IMG/VR virus record: IMGVR_UViG_3300042382_000594
Origin: a virus
Taxonomy: Duplodnaviria > Heunggongvirae > Uroviricota > Caudoviricetes
Direction: 5' to 3' (one strand)
DNA length: 64,000 nucleotides
The translations under genes and the position numbers were made by a program. Positions 35,367 to 44,643 of the stretch are shown here, one piece after another. The notes under the pieces were generated by a model. That model saw nothing but the letters and a program-made list of their open reading frames with translations. It was not told where the DNA came from and did no database searches. Each line of letters starts with the position of its first letter. The first letter of the stretch is position 1.

Positions 35367-36161
35367 TTACAATTCGCCGAGATAATTTGCTACAGCTGGT
35401 AAATTACCTTGGAACTGATAACTTCCGACATGGACGCAATTAACCCATGGCGCCATCCAAACTTCAATTCCGATTTTTCTGCATTGTTGACAGAAATGAT
35501 AATCTTCGCTCAATACGCGATTTGATTCTTCGTCAATCTCAACATTAAAATATGAATGAATTTTTCTATCACCGCTGAAATGTTGCGTACCAACATGATC
35601 TGGCGTATATTCATATTGCGGAAACTCTTCTTTAAATTTAGATAGAACATCTTTACGAATCATCATCATACCAGTTCCAATCTCAAGAACTTGTAATGGT
35701 TCAGTAACATTAAACTGTTTAGTTCCAGCAACAGGATTAAATACAATATCTCCACCTAATCTCTCTAATTCTCCAGTCGAAATATTAGGATTTTTAATAA
35801 TTGCCTTTTTAATATTTTCCCATTTAATAGTTTTCTTGGGATAAGGAGCTCCAATAATATCTTTATCTAATACCAGCATTGCAATAACATCTACTGCACT
35901 AAATCCAATATCAGCATCAATAAACATCATATGAGTACAATCAGAACGTAAAAATTCATCAACTAAATAATTTCTTGCTCGCTGAATTAAACTTTCATTA
36001 AATAAGAACGAGAATTTAATTTCCAATCCATATTGCAATGCGGCCATTTGTAAGTCTAAACAAGACTTCATATAAGCACCAAGACAACTACCGCCATACA
36101 TTGGTGTAGCAACAAATAGTTTTTTGCCTTCTAGATTTTCTTTTGATAATTTAATTTCCAT
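35367..36161 (-). CDS. putative GT-A glycosyltransferase
   Basis: Rossmann-like N-terminus LFVATPMYGG and DxD-like FIDADIG. Confidence 0.3.
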   Translation of the reverse strand: MEIKLSKENLEGKKLFVATPMYGGSCLGAYMKSCLDLQMAALQYGLEIKFSFLFNESLIQRARNYLVDEFLRSDCTHMMFIDADIGFSAVDVIAMLVLDKDIIGAPYPKKTIKWENIKKAIIKNPNISTGELERLGGDIVFNPVAGTKQFNVTEPLQVLEIGTGMMMIRKDVLSKFKEEFPQYEYTPDHVGTQHFSGDRKIHSYFNVEIDEESNRVLSEDYHFCQQCRKIGIEVWMAPWVNCVHVGSYQFQGNLPAVANYLGEL

Positions 36162-36164
36162 AAT

Positions 36165-36473
36165 TTAAGTAGTCTCTTTTAAAATTTGTTCGTTAATTTT
36201 ATTTTGTATATCTTCTGGTATTGCGAATATCTTTTCGGTAATCTCGGAATTATATTTAGATGCAGCAGTTTCTCGTACCTTTTTAATTGCTTCGGCTTCT
36301 CTGGATGGAATTAAAGGAATTTTTGAAATATCCTCAGCATAATGAATTTTACACGAATATTCTTGAACTTCATTAAATGCTCGAATATCTTCTATAAAAT
36401 GCCTAAAATGTATTTTACTTAATTTCCAAATAGTAGAAATAGTTACACATGTACGACATTTACTTCTTGTCAT
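36165..36473 (-). CDS. hypothetical protein
   Basis: ORF track. 102 aa. Confidence 0.25.
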   Translation of the reverse strand: MTRSKCRTCVTISTIWKLSKIHFRHFIEDIRAFNEVQEYSCKIHYAEDISKIPLIPSREAEAIKKVRETAASKYNSEITEKIFAIPEDIQNKINEQILKETT

Positions 36474-37071
36474 TTTTACCTCTCTTTTTCGTGATTATGC
36501 GACTCTTTACGAATTTCTTAATTTTTTTATTTAGAGCAGTTTCAGCTCGTTCTAAAACAAATTTAGAAACTTTAGTTTTAAAATCAATTCCATTTAATCT
36601 ATCTATTCCTTGTTGAATAATTCTTGAAGTTAAACCATCGAACCTAGTCATCTTTTCATTTCCTTCAAAATCTTGATATGAAACAATAACTGTAGTAGGG
36701 CGTTTAACTACCATTAATAAACCCATATTACTCAAATCAGATTCTTCTAGTAAAATTTCGCCATGCGATTCAATAACAATAGGATTGAAAAATGCAACAA
36801 AATTATCTGCAACTCCAGCAACCAATACTTTATGCTCTAATCCGCATTGATTTGCAGCAATTCCATATACTTTATGAAATTTACATGTTGCAATTAACTT
36901 TGAAGCAATTTCGCTAGAATTTAATTCAGTATTGGTAAAATCGAAGTGTTTTAACTTTGTAGTTAAAACTGGATCTTTTTGATCACATAATTCATAACCA
37001 AGAAATTGAGGTTCAGGCACTGCTGCAGCCTGAGAAACTACATCAGCAGTATTATATATAAACTCACTCAT
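36460..37071 (-). CDS. peptide deformylase-like protein with substituted metal-ligand motifs
   Basis: Motif 1 is GIAANQCG (PDF GφGφAAxQ). The EGCLS position reads EESDLS and the HExxH position reads QQGIDRLNG. Carries a Lys-rich C-terminal tail. Confidence 0.55.
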   Translation of the reverse strand: MSEFIYNTADVVSQAAAVPEPQFLGYELCDQKDPVLTTKLKHFDFTNTELNSSEIASKLIATCKFHKVYGIAANQCGLEHKVLVAGVADNFVAFFNPIVIESHGEILLEESDLSNMGLLMVVKRPTTVIVSYQDFEGNEKMTRFDGLTSRIIQQGIDRLNGIDFKTKVSKFVLERAETALNKKIKKFVKSRIITKKRGKNDKK

Positions 37072-38789
37072 TGTATAACCTTCATCTTTGAAAAGTTTTT
37101 TATTTTTTCGAACTTTAATACAGTATCGAATTTATCTGATACTTGATCAGACTTATGACTAATAACAAATATATTTGTACTTTTATCAACTGATGATAAT
37201 AAATTCATAAAAACATCAGTACCCCCAGTATCAAGACTGCCGTCCATTATTTCGTCAAGAATTAATAAATTGGTATTTACTGAATTTTTTAATCTAGCTA
37301 ACTGTCTAAATGAAAATAAAATAGCTAAATCTAATCGAGTTTTTTCGCCCTCAGAGAAATTAGCATAAGTAAATTCATCTCTATGACGAGATTTAATTAC
37401 TTCTTCAAAATTTTCATTAATATTAAAATTAACAAAGAAATCTAATTGAGCCAAATACTGATTTATATATTTGTTTAAAATAGGAAGATACTGTTTAATT
37501 ATACGAGTTTTAATTCCTCCGTCCTTTAACATAACAGAAATAAAATCATAATAACTTTTTTCATTTATATATTCTTCATATTTTTCAACATAAACATCTA
37601 ATGATTCAATTAATTCTTGCAGTTTATCTGAACCATTATCAGTGGTATTTGATGAATCTTTTAGTTGATCAATTTCATTAGAAACTAGTTTTATATATTT
37701 TTGCGCAGAAACAATATTTGAATTTTTCTCTGATAAAATACTTGAATTCTTTAAAATTTTAGCGTTTATCTTGGATATAGCAACTAATCTATCAGTAGCA
37801 ACCTTTAATTCCTTAGATAATTTTTTTTCGCCATCAACTAATTCTATTAATTTAGTGCTATTTTTTTCAATAATTTCCTGTTTAAACGCAGAATTAATAG
37901 ATTGACGGCATGTTGGACAATTATCATTTGAATGATAGAATGTATTATCTTTTTCTACCTTAGATATATTATCGCGCAATTTACCTTCAATTAATAATAA
38001 TTTATTTTTCTTTTTTTCAACGACATCCATATCAGAAATTTCATGACCCAGTCGTTCGTTTTCAGACAATAACTCAGAGATAGTTTGCTGTAAATCTTCA
38101 ACTTCAACACAAGTATTTGCAATTAATTCTTTTTTTCTAAGAATTAGTTCATCAGAAACTTGATTGGTACGTTTAATATTTTGTTTTTGAAGTTCTATTT
38201 TGTCTTTAAATAATTCAATATTAAATTTACAATCTTGAACAGTTTCTTTAATTCCAGATACTTTATCTTTAACAATAGAGTTCATGTTAGAAAAAATCTG
38301 AATATCAAGCAAATCTTCAATAACAGAGCGTCTATCTCCAGCTGATAACTGCATAAAAGGAGTATATCTAGCTGAGCCAAGAATAACAACTTGAGTAAAA
38401 GATTTGTAACTCATTTTAAGTATATATCTTTCTAATTGTTCTTGATAATCTTTTACTTTTGCGTCTTGGCGAACTAAATCACCATTACAATAAACTTCAA
38501 AAATATTTGGTTTAATACCACGAATAATTTTATATTTGTTTGGACCAATAGAAAACTCAACTTCAGTAACCAATTCAGATTTATTAATTGAATTTATTAA
38601 ACCGCTTTTGTTAATTTTTCTAAAAGGTTTTCCATAAAGGGCAAAGGTAATTGCATCAATAAATGTTGATTTGCCTTGCCCATTAATTCCAGTGGATAAA
38701 GTAGTTCTATCTTTATTTAATTCAATTTCAGTAAAGTTATTTCCATAGGAAAGAAAGTTTTTAAACCGGATTGTTTCAAAAATTACCAT
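37068..38789 (-). CDS. 46: recombination endonuclease subunit gp46 (Rad50/SbcC-like)
   Basis: N-terminal Walker A GINGQGKST, long coiled coil with zinc-hook-like CPTC, C-terminal signature/Walker B LILDEIMD. Confidence 0.9.
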   Translation of the reverse strand: MVIFETIRFKNFLSYGNNFTEIELNKDRTTLSTGINGQGKSTFIDAITFALYGKPFRKINKSGLINSINKSELVTEVEFSIGPNKYKIIRGIKPNIFEVYCNGDLVRQDAKVKDYQEQLERYILKMSYKSFTQVVILGSARYTPFMQLSAGDRRSVIEDLLDIQIFSNMNSIVKDKVSGIKETVQDCKFNIELFKDKIELQKQNIKRTNQVSDELILRKKELIANTCVEVEDLQQTISELLSENERLGHEISDMDVVEKKKNKLLLIEGKLRDNISKVEKDNTFYHSNDNCPTCRQSINSAFKQEIIEKNSTKLIELVDGEKKLSKELKVATDRLVAISKINAKILKNSSILSEKNSNIVSAQKYIKLVSNEIDQLKDSSNTTDNGSDKLQELIESLDVYVEKYEEYINEKSYYDFISVMLKDGGIKTRIIKQYLPILNKYINQYLAQLDFFVNFNINENFEEVIKSRHRDEFTYANFSEGEKTRLDLAILFSFRQLARLKNSVNTNLLILDEIMDGSLDTGGTDVFMNLLSSVDKSTNIFVISHKSDQVSDKFDTVLKFEKIKNFSKMKVIQ

Positions 38790-39865
38790 TATTCAACCGC
38801 CATTGCTTCAGTATATAAATTAGACATCATAGTCTTCAATTTGTTTTTATCTAATTCTTGTTGATTAATACTATCAATATATTTGTAAGTAATTGTTAAT
38901 GTATCATCAGTTTCATCAACATCCTCATCAATTTCTAAATCAACTACATCTTCAGTAATTGATACATCTATAGGGTTATTCGCATAAACTTGATCGACAA
39001 ATAAATCAAACAAATATGGATTAGTTTTAGCCTTAACTTGAATCTTAACATATTTACCAATTACGTTAGATAAAAATTCTTTATCAAGATAACTGGAATT
39101 AGTGACATCACTAGATCCAGAATCATCATAATCCATCTTATAGAAAATTGAATTTGGATTAAGTACAGTTTCCAATTCCCTAGTTTCTAAGTCAAAAACT
39201 CTAAAACCTTTTGGATCGGCATAATCTTGCCAAGTCATCTCATAAGGAGTCCCTATGTACTCGATATTCCCTCTCTTAGACGCGTGATGATAATGACCGG
39301 ATAATACCCTTTCATAATTAGAAAACGCCTTAGCGGACAATCCATGCTCCGATAGGATACTACTTTGGTACATCTTAAAACCTTCTATTTCAAAATGACC
39401 AACACAAACAGTAGAAGTATCTTGTTTAATAAAATTTAAACATTCTTGATAATTTTCTTTACAAATCCATGGAATAATAGAAATTCCATTGTCAAGTTTA
39501 GTTGGTTCTTTTACAACAGTTACGTTTTTAAACTGAGTTAAAAATAATCCAGAACTACTAATACTCAATGATTCTTTATACGCTAAATCGTGGTTTCCAA
39601 GTAATGTTATTAATTTAATATCAAATTTATCGAACTTAGAAAAGAAATAATTATTAGCTTCAGATAATGTTATATGATTCGTGTATTTTCTTCTATCAAA
39701 TAAATCCCCTAATTGAATAACAGTGCTTATATTATTTTGTATAAGATAAGGAAAAAATACCTGATCATAAAATTTTTCAAAAAACTTATGAAAATACATA
39801 CTGTCGCCTCTTGCACCAAAATGACAATCACCAAGAAAAACTATTTTACTCATAACAAAATCCAA
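38789..39865 (-). CDS. 47: recombination endonuclease subunit gp47 (Mre11/SbcD-like)
   Basis: Calcineurin-like phosphoesterase motifs (VFLGDCHFG, GDLFD, GNHD, GHFE, GHYH). Confidence 0.9.
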   Translation of the reverse strand: MDFVMSKIVFLGDCHFGARGDSMYFHKFFEKFYDQVFFPYLIQNNISTVIQLGDLFDRRKYTNHITLSEANNYFFSKFDKFDIKLITLLGNHDLAYKESLSISSSGLFLTQFKNVTVVKEPTKLDNGISIIPWICKENYQECLNFIKQDTSTVCVGHFEIEGFKMYQSSILSEHGLSAKAFSNYERVLSGHYHHASKRGNIEYIGTPYEMTWQDYADPKGFRVFDLETRELETVLNPNSIFYKMDYDDSGSSDVTNSSYLDKEFLSNVIGKYVKIQVKAKTNPYLFDLFVDQVYANNPIDVSITEDVVDLEIDEDVDETDDTLTITYKYIDSINQQELDKNKLKTMMSNLYTEAMAVE

Positions 39866-39870
39866 AAATA

Positions 39871-39880
39871 ATAAATAATA
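39871..39880 (+). promoter_or_regulatory. near-consensus late promoter (aATAAATAat) upstream of second GIY-YIG gene
   Basis: 7 of 8 positions match TATAAATA. Positioned 6-9 nt 5' of the hairpin, as at 29499. Confidence 0.3.
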
Positions 39881-39885
39881 AAAAA

Positions 39886-39915
39886 GCTACTCGCGATATC
39901 CCCATATCCAGTAGC
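39886..39915 (+). promoter_or_regulatory. RNA hairpin (gctactcgcgat...agtagc) upstream of GIY-YIG RBS
   Basis: 6-bp stem and tcgcgat core, followed by cactaa. Paralogous to the element at 29510-29540. Confidence 0.4.
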
Positions 39916-39929
39916 ACTAAACATTAACC

Positions 39930-40682
39930 GTGTTATCAAAGGAGACAACTATGTCCAGCACAAATACTTATACTGAACAAAAATACTGCGTTTATCATAT
40001 TACATACTCAGGCGATAAGTTATCACCAAAAAATAATTCAAATATAATCCCATCAAATTACATCGGTTCATCTACAATTGATAGTATTAAATCCGGTTAT
40101 ATGGGATCCATAAAATCAAAAATTTATAAAAATATTTGGAAATCAGAATTAAAAACTAATCCACATTTATTTTCTATTGAAATAATATCATATCACGAAA
40201 CTAGACCATCAGCTACCTACAAAGAATTACAAATACAAAAAATATTTAACGTTGTTAAGAATCCATTATTTGTTAACATGGCGTATGCTGCGCCAAATGG
40301 GTTTTTTGGTAGAGATGTTTCGAGAGAAAAACATCCAAATTATAATAAACCGCGAACAAATGATAGTAAAGAAAAAATATCAAAAAATCATGCAAACGTA
40401 TCAGGTAAAAATAATCCAATGTCTAACAAAATTAGAATTACTAATGGTATATTAAATTCTGCAGTAAAACATAAAAATGAAATACCTGATGGATGGTATA
40501 CAGGACTAACATTTAATACTCAACGGAAAAAAGAAACTAACCCCAGAAAAGCATATAAAAAAGAAAATAAAAATCGATCAACAAAAGGCATTAAACGTAA
40601 AAAATTTATTTGTATTATTGAAACCAAGAAAGAATACGATAAAGCAAAAGCAAAAATATATTTTCCTGAATTACCATATTAA
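39930..40682 (+). CDS. GIY-YIG homing-endonuclease-like protein, free-standing
   Basis: CVYHITYSG...NYIGSST (GIY...YIG) with a Lys/Arg-rich C-terminal half. Plus strand between gp47 and gp55. Confidence 0.55.
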   Translation: MLSKETTMSSTNTYTEQKYCVYHITYSGDKLSPKNNSNIIPSNYIGSSTIDSIKSGYMGSIKSKIYKNIWKSELKTNPHLFSIEIISYHETRPSATYKELQIQKIFNVVKNPLFVNMAYAAPNGFFGRDVSREKHPNYNKPRTNDSKEKISKNHANVSGKNNPMSNKIRITNGILNSAVKHKNEIPDGWYTGLTFNTQRKKETNPRKAYKKENKNRSTKGIKRKKFICIIETKKEYDKAKAKIYFPELPY

Positions 40683-41344
40683 TCCTCCAAGAAAGTTTCA
40701 ATTCCTTTAGCTTTTTTCTTTTTCTTCGCTACAGGACTTTTAGTGCTTTTTTTGAATTCAGTATCTTCAAATTTTTGAATAAAATCATACATATTATCAT
40801 AAACTTCAATTTGTTTAATTTGACCTTCACCAAGTTCCAATAACTCAGCTTCATCAAGAATACCGAAATTTTCTGTTGCTTTATATTTTATATACTGCTG
40901 TTTTTTTTCTTTTTGGATCCTACGAACAAAACACCACCAAAGAATCTGAGTAAAATAAGCAAAGGGATTTTTAGTTTTTGCTGAATCAAAATTTTCAAAA
41001 TACATTAAACAGTTTTCAATTCCATCAGCAATCATTTCATCTTTATATGAATACCCAAAGAAATTAGGTCTACGAGCTAATCCCTCTGATAATTTAACGA
41101 AACATTCTCCAATATAATTTGGAATTCTAGGTTTAATTTTCCCTTCAGCTTTAGCAAGAGCGCAATCAGCTTTATATTTCTCTAAAGCAGCGCAAAAATC
41201 AGCATTATTAATATATTCTCGCGTGACCTTTTTTCGTTTTACTTTAGCAACAACGGGTTTTTCTTCCGGAAGATCTTCTAATAAAGAAGGTATTTCTTCA
41301 GTAAAATCTGGAACGTCAGCAAAATCAAATTTTAATTCTTTCAT
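40679..41344 (-). CDS. 55: late-transcription sigma factor gp55
   Basis: [40 protein letters not shown] aligns with T4 gp55 [44 protein letters not shown]. Confidence 0.9.
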   Translation of the reverse strand: [221 protein letters not shown]

Positions 41345-41380
41345 AGCAATTACTCCATGTATTATCAGTTATTTAATAGT

Positions 41381-41409
41381 ATTATACTATGAAATAGATA
41401 AAATAGCAA
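41381..41409 (-). promoter_or_regulatory. sigma70-like promoter (TTGCTA-17-TATAAT) for gene 55
   Basis: On the minus strand the -35 is at 41404-41409 and the -10 at 41381-41386, with a GGAG RBS at the ATG. Confidence 0.35.
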
Positions 41410-41495
41410 GAATTATTTCTTCTGAACAGGGAATTTGATTGAATTTTCGTCAAGAACTATTTCTCGTTAAAATATAATAAGTTGAAAAAAAGTGC

Positions 41496-41524
41496 TTGAC
41501 GAAATTAAATTTGTAGGTTACATT
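41496..41524 (+). promoter_or_regulatory. sigma70-like promoter candidate on plus strand (TTGACG-17-TACATT) with no annotated plus-strand target
   Basis: Lies in a 280-nt intergenic region that also contains two hairpins. See the findings entry for 41345-41625. Confidence 0.25.
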
Positions 41525-41625
41525 ATACTCTAAGTGTTGTTTGGAACTTCGCTGATGCTTCGTTCCATAAACATTAGAGTCTCAAAATAGAATTACTGCG
41601 TAGCAGATCCTCGAAGAGGATTAAA

Positions 41626-42003
41626 TTAGTGAATACTAGATCCTTCTGGCGGAATATCTGTTTCATCTATTATTGTTTCTTTAATTTGTTTAGCTAATGT
41701 TGATTCTGGATCTAGATAATCCAATATAGCATCAAGATATCGATATCCAAACTCTATAGATGAATAAGAAACAAATAAAATGTGATCCATTGGAATAGGT
41801 GCTTCTTGTAGAGGAAATGCTTCTAAAGGCATCCAGTCAACCATAATAATTTCTTCAGTTTCATTTTCAATGTCAATGGTAGGGTAGAATGTTTTAGGGT
41901 ATTTTATTATTACAGTATTAGTTTCTTTATCTTGATGATAGAATCCAATTAAATCTTCACCAGTTCTTAATCTAACAATTTTAATTTCAAATTTTTCGGT
42001 CAT
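41626..42003 (-). CDS. hypothetical protein
   Basis: ORF track. 125 aa. Overlaps the uvsW start. Confidence 0.3.
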   Translation of the reverse strand: MTEKFEIKIVRLRTGEDLIGFYHQDKETNTVIIKYPKTFYPTIDIENETEEIIMVDWMPLEAFPLQEAPIPMDHILFVSYSSIEFGYRYLDAILDYLDPESTLAKQIKETIIDETDIPPEGSSIH

Positions 42004-43505
42004 AATGTTTCCATATCCACTTTAATAATTTTATAATCAAATTTTTCTTCATTGTAAATCTTGATTCTTTCTTGAAAATGTGTTAGAGTATAATTTTGAT
42101 GCTTCTTATACCGTAAATCATCAGCAAGGTCATATAATACTGCTTCATCTTTATTTTCATTTAAACGTAAAACGCGACCAATAGCTTGGAGGTTTCTTAT
42201 TCTAGATTTAGAAGGGCTAGCAAATATAATATTATGTAGGTTTTTAATATTAGTTCCAGTAGACACTGTTCCAACAGAACCTATTAAAATTACATTATGT
42301 TCAGTCTCCATTGCCTTTCTAATTTCTTCTCTTTCTTCAGCCTTAATATTACCATGAATATAATATATCTTTTTATTAACAGCATGTTTTGAATTAGAAA
42401 TTAACTCATATAACACATCTCCATGTTTTTCAACATATTGATAAAGTAATAATGTATTTCCTTTTAATGATAATGATAAATTCTTAATAAATTTATTTCT
42501 ATTGGCATTAGCAATTAAATATTCTAATTCTTGTTGATATTTTAATCCTTTTGATAACTTACAAGTTTCCTCGGGATATTTTAAAACAATACATTTAATA
42601 TTTAATTTTGTTACTTGTTTGTTATCCATTAATTGTTTAGTTGTAATAACCTTTCTAACTGGACCAAATAAACTTTCTAATTGTAATGAATGTATTTTTT
42701 GTCCATTTAAAGTTCCAGTAACACCAACTCGATAATCGGCATTAACGCATTTTTGTACAATACCTGTTAAGCTATTTGCTGATGCTAAATGAGCTTCATC
42801 ACATAACACAAAATCAAATTGATCAAAATAAGTTCGGCTTTTATGATTAAATAATGATTGCCAAGTGCTAATATATAAATGTTTTTCTGCATTTTTATCT
42901 TGACCAGCAAATATCATATGAATATGTTTATTTACATCCCATCTATTATGACTTGAGTAATCAGCAAAATCTGATGTAAGTTGATGACATAATGATGTGT
43001 TTGGAACCAACAGTAATCCTTTCTTTCTATTATGCGCTAACAAGAATCTAACAATAATATAAAGAATACAACTTTTACCTGATGACGTTGGAGATAATAA
43101 CATTAAACGTTTTTCGTTAAGGAAATCTAAAACGCCTTTAAATTGATAATCTCTAACCTCAATTTTCTTTCCATTAGAATGGATATCTAATGAAGTAATA
43201 AATTTGTGTAACTCAGTGTCCGTAACTGGGTCGTAGTTATCTTTATAATTGTGTTGAAGGGTATAGTCCCTATCTTTAGCAAACGCCTCTAATTGAGGGA
43301 TTAAACCGATAAAAAACTCCATATCTCCATTTGGTAATATTTTTGCTAGGCGAACCTTTCCATCCCATAATCTTGCTTTATAACTGGGCATAAATTTATA
43401 TCCAGTAGCAAAAAAAGAGAAGTAATCGCTTAGTTCCTGTGCAATACTTTTGTCGCATTTTAGGATGGCATAAGTTTCGTTATGTTTTTCAATTTCAATT
43501 ATCAT
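42000..43505 (-). CDS. uvsW: DNA helicase UvsW (SF2)
   Basis: Walker A LLSPTSSGKS, DEAH box, size 501 aa versus T4 UvsW 503 aa. Position next to uvsY. Confidence 0.85.
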   Translation of the reverse strand: MIIEIEKHNETYAILKCDKSIAQELSDYFSFFATGYKFMPSYKARLWDGKVRLAKILPNGDMEFFIGLIPQLEAFAKDRDYTLQHNYKDNYDPVTDTELHKFITSLDIHSNGKKIEVRDYQFKGVLDFLNEKRLMLLSPTSSGKSCILYIIVRFLLAHNRKKGLLLVPNTSLCHQLTSDFADYSSHNRWDVNKHIHMIFAGQDKNAEKHLYISTWQSLFNHKSRTYFDQFDFVLCDEAHLASANSLTGIVQKCVNADYRVGVTGTLNGQKIHSLQLESLFGPVRKVITTKQLMDNKQVTKLNIKCIVLKYPEETCKLSKGLKYQQELEYLIANANRNKFIKNLSLSLKGNTLLLYQYVEKHGDVLYELISNSKHAVNKKIYYIHGNIKAEEREEIRKAMETEHNVILIGSVGTVSTGTNIKNLHNIIFASPSKSRIRNLQAIGRVLRLNENKDEAVLYDLADDLRYKKHQNYTLTHFQERIKIYNEEKFDYKIIKVDMETL

Positions 43506-43506
43506 T

Positions 43507-43947
43507 TTAATTTCCAGCTAGGAATCTAGTGTATGTCATATATTCTCTTAATTGCCAAGTTCTGTTACCGAGCTCTTTAATTATTGCCTCACAAACATAT
43601 ATACATTCCTCATAGTAGGCTTTCTTTTCAAGAATTTTTATTAAAAAATCGTCAGCTTCAAGATACGTATCGATATTACCTTTGGTGCCAATCTTTAAGT
43701 CGAACTGATCCCACCCATACTCGTCTAAGGTTTCCTTTGCAAGATTTCCTAGGTAATACTCCCTACGAACTTTTTTCATCCTTGCATGGTCGAATTTTGC
43801 TTTCTGTGCAGCGAGTCTATGCTGAGAAAGAATCTCGACATATTTCGCGTGCAATAAAGGGGTATTAACTAATTCTTGGTGAGGTTTTGATTCGTCGATT
43901 TTACTATCAATTTTCCAATATTCTATAATTGTATCAAGTTTTATCAT
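43507..43947 (-). CDS. uvsY: recombination mediator UvsY
   Basis: 146 aa versus T4 137 aa. Basic helical protein immediately downstream of uvsW, as in T4-like cyanophages. Confidence 0.55.
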   Translation of the reverse strand: MIKLDTIIEYWKIDSKIDESKPHQELVNTPLLHAKYVEILSQHRLAAQKAKFDHARMKKVRREYYLGNLAKETLDEYGWDQFDLKIGTKGNIDTYLEADDFLIKILEKKAYYEECIYVCEAIIKELGNRTWQLREYMTYTRFLAGN

Positions 43948-43984
43948 TTTATATTCTCAAGTAAACATTACAAAAATATATAGG

Positions 43985-44527
43985 CTAGCCAACTAAAGTC
44001 AATTCATACCTTTTAAACCTAAATGTTGCAGTTGCTGTCATTGTTTTTGCAGAACTAACCCTAACATCAAACGGTATAGCAGACAGATAAACTGGAAATA
44101 AATCTATAAAATGGATATTTACCTTTGGTTTATCAGAAGCTGGCGATAATGTTGTTAATATCGCGTCAGCATATTGTGGAGTATTTATATATTCATATTG
44201 ACTATATTTTGATAATTTATTTAAATTGGCATAATCGTCCCAAGCTTCAGCTTGCGTATATCCCTTAATCCAATAATATATCGAAGTCCAAGATCTCAAT
44301 TCCTCATCAATAAGAAACTCGATAGATAAATCTTCGTATTCCATTTTATCTCCTGGGACGCCCATATCTCTAAACGGGTTTACTTGAACCGTGCTTTGGG
44401 AATTTACTCCTGGAAGATTTACTGCTTGACAGAAGAATTGAACTTCCATTAATCTAGGAATCGTAAAAATAAATTTTGCTGACTGCAACAAATCGGTATT
44501 ACAGATGTTTGTATCGTTAAGAGCCAT
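43985..44527 (-). CDS. 3: tail completion/sheath stabilizer protein (gp3-like, by size and position)
   Basis: 180 aa versus T4 gp3 176 aa. Located between uvsY and g23. Late promoter directly upstream. Confidence 0.4.
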   Translation of the reverse strand: MALNDTNICNTDLLQSAKFIFTIPRLMEVQFFCQAVNLPGVNSQSTVQVNPFRDMGVPGDKMEYEDLSIEFLIDEELRSWTSIYYWIKGYTQAEAWDDYANLNKLSKYSQYEYINTPQYADAILTTLSPASDKPKVNIHFIDLFPVYLSAIPFDVRVSSAKTMTATATFRFKRYELTLVG

Positions 44528-44554
44528 AAAAAATCCTTATAATTTATTTACTTG

Positions 44555-44562
44555 TATTTATA
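44555..44562 (-). promoter_or_regulatory. T4-type late promoter TATAAATA (minus strand) for gene 3
   Basis: Plus strand reads tatttata, 28 nt from the start codon. Confidence 0.45.
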
Positions 44563-44643
44563 AAATTCTAAATACAAAAAAACGCTTTACTTTTTTTAAT
44601 TTATGTAGTAAAATATATTTGAATCTTACAATAGGAGATATAG

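Noticed and set aside
40252-41438. ORFs 40252..40455 (+) and 41223..41438 (+)
   Set aside because: The first is an alternate frame inside the GIY-YIG gene. The second is antisense to the gene 55 5' end. Neither has an RBS.
43584-43868. Plus-strand 94-aa ORF antisense to uvsY
   Set aside because: Antisense overlap with a positionally and compositionally supported uvsY.
43985-44527. Interpretation as a gp19 tail-tube paralogue based on loose F.F.I...LPG...GD motif similarity
   Set aside because: The similarity is weak. Size (180 aa) and position between uvsY and g23 fit gp3 of T4-like cyanophage gene order better. Left as gp3-like with low confidence.
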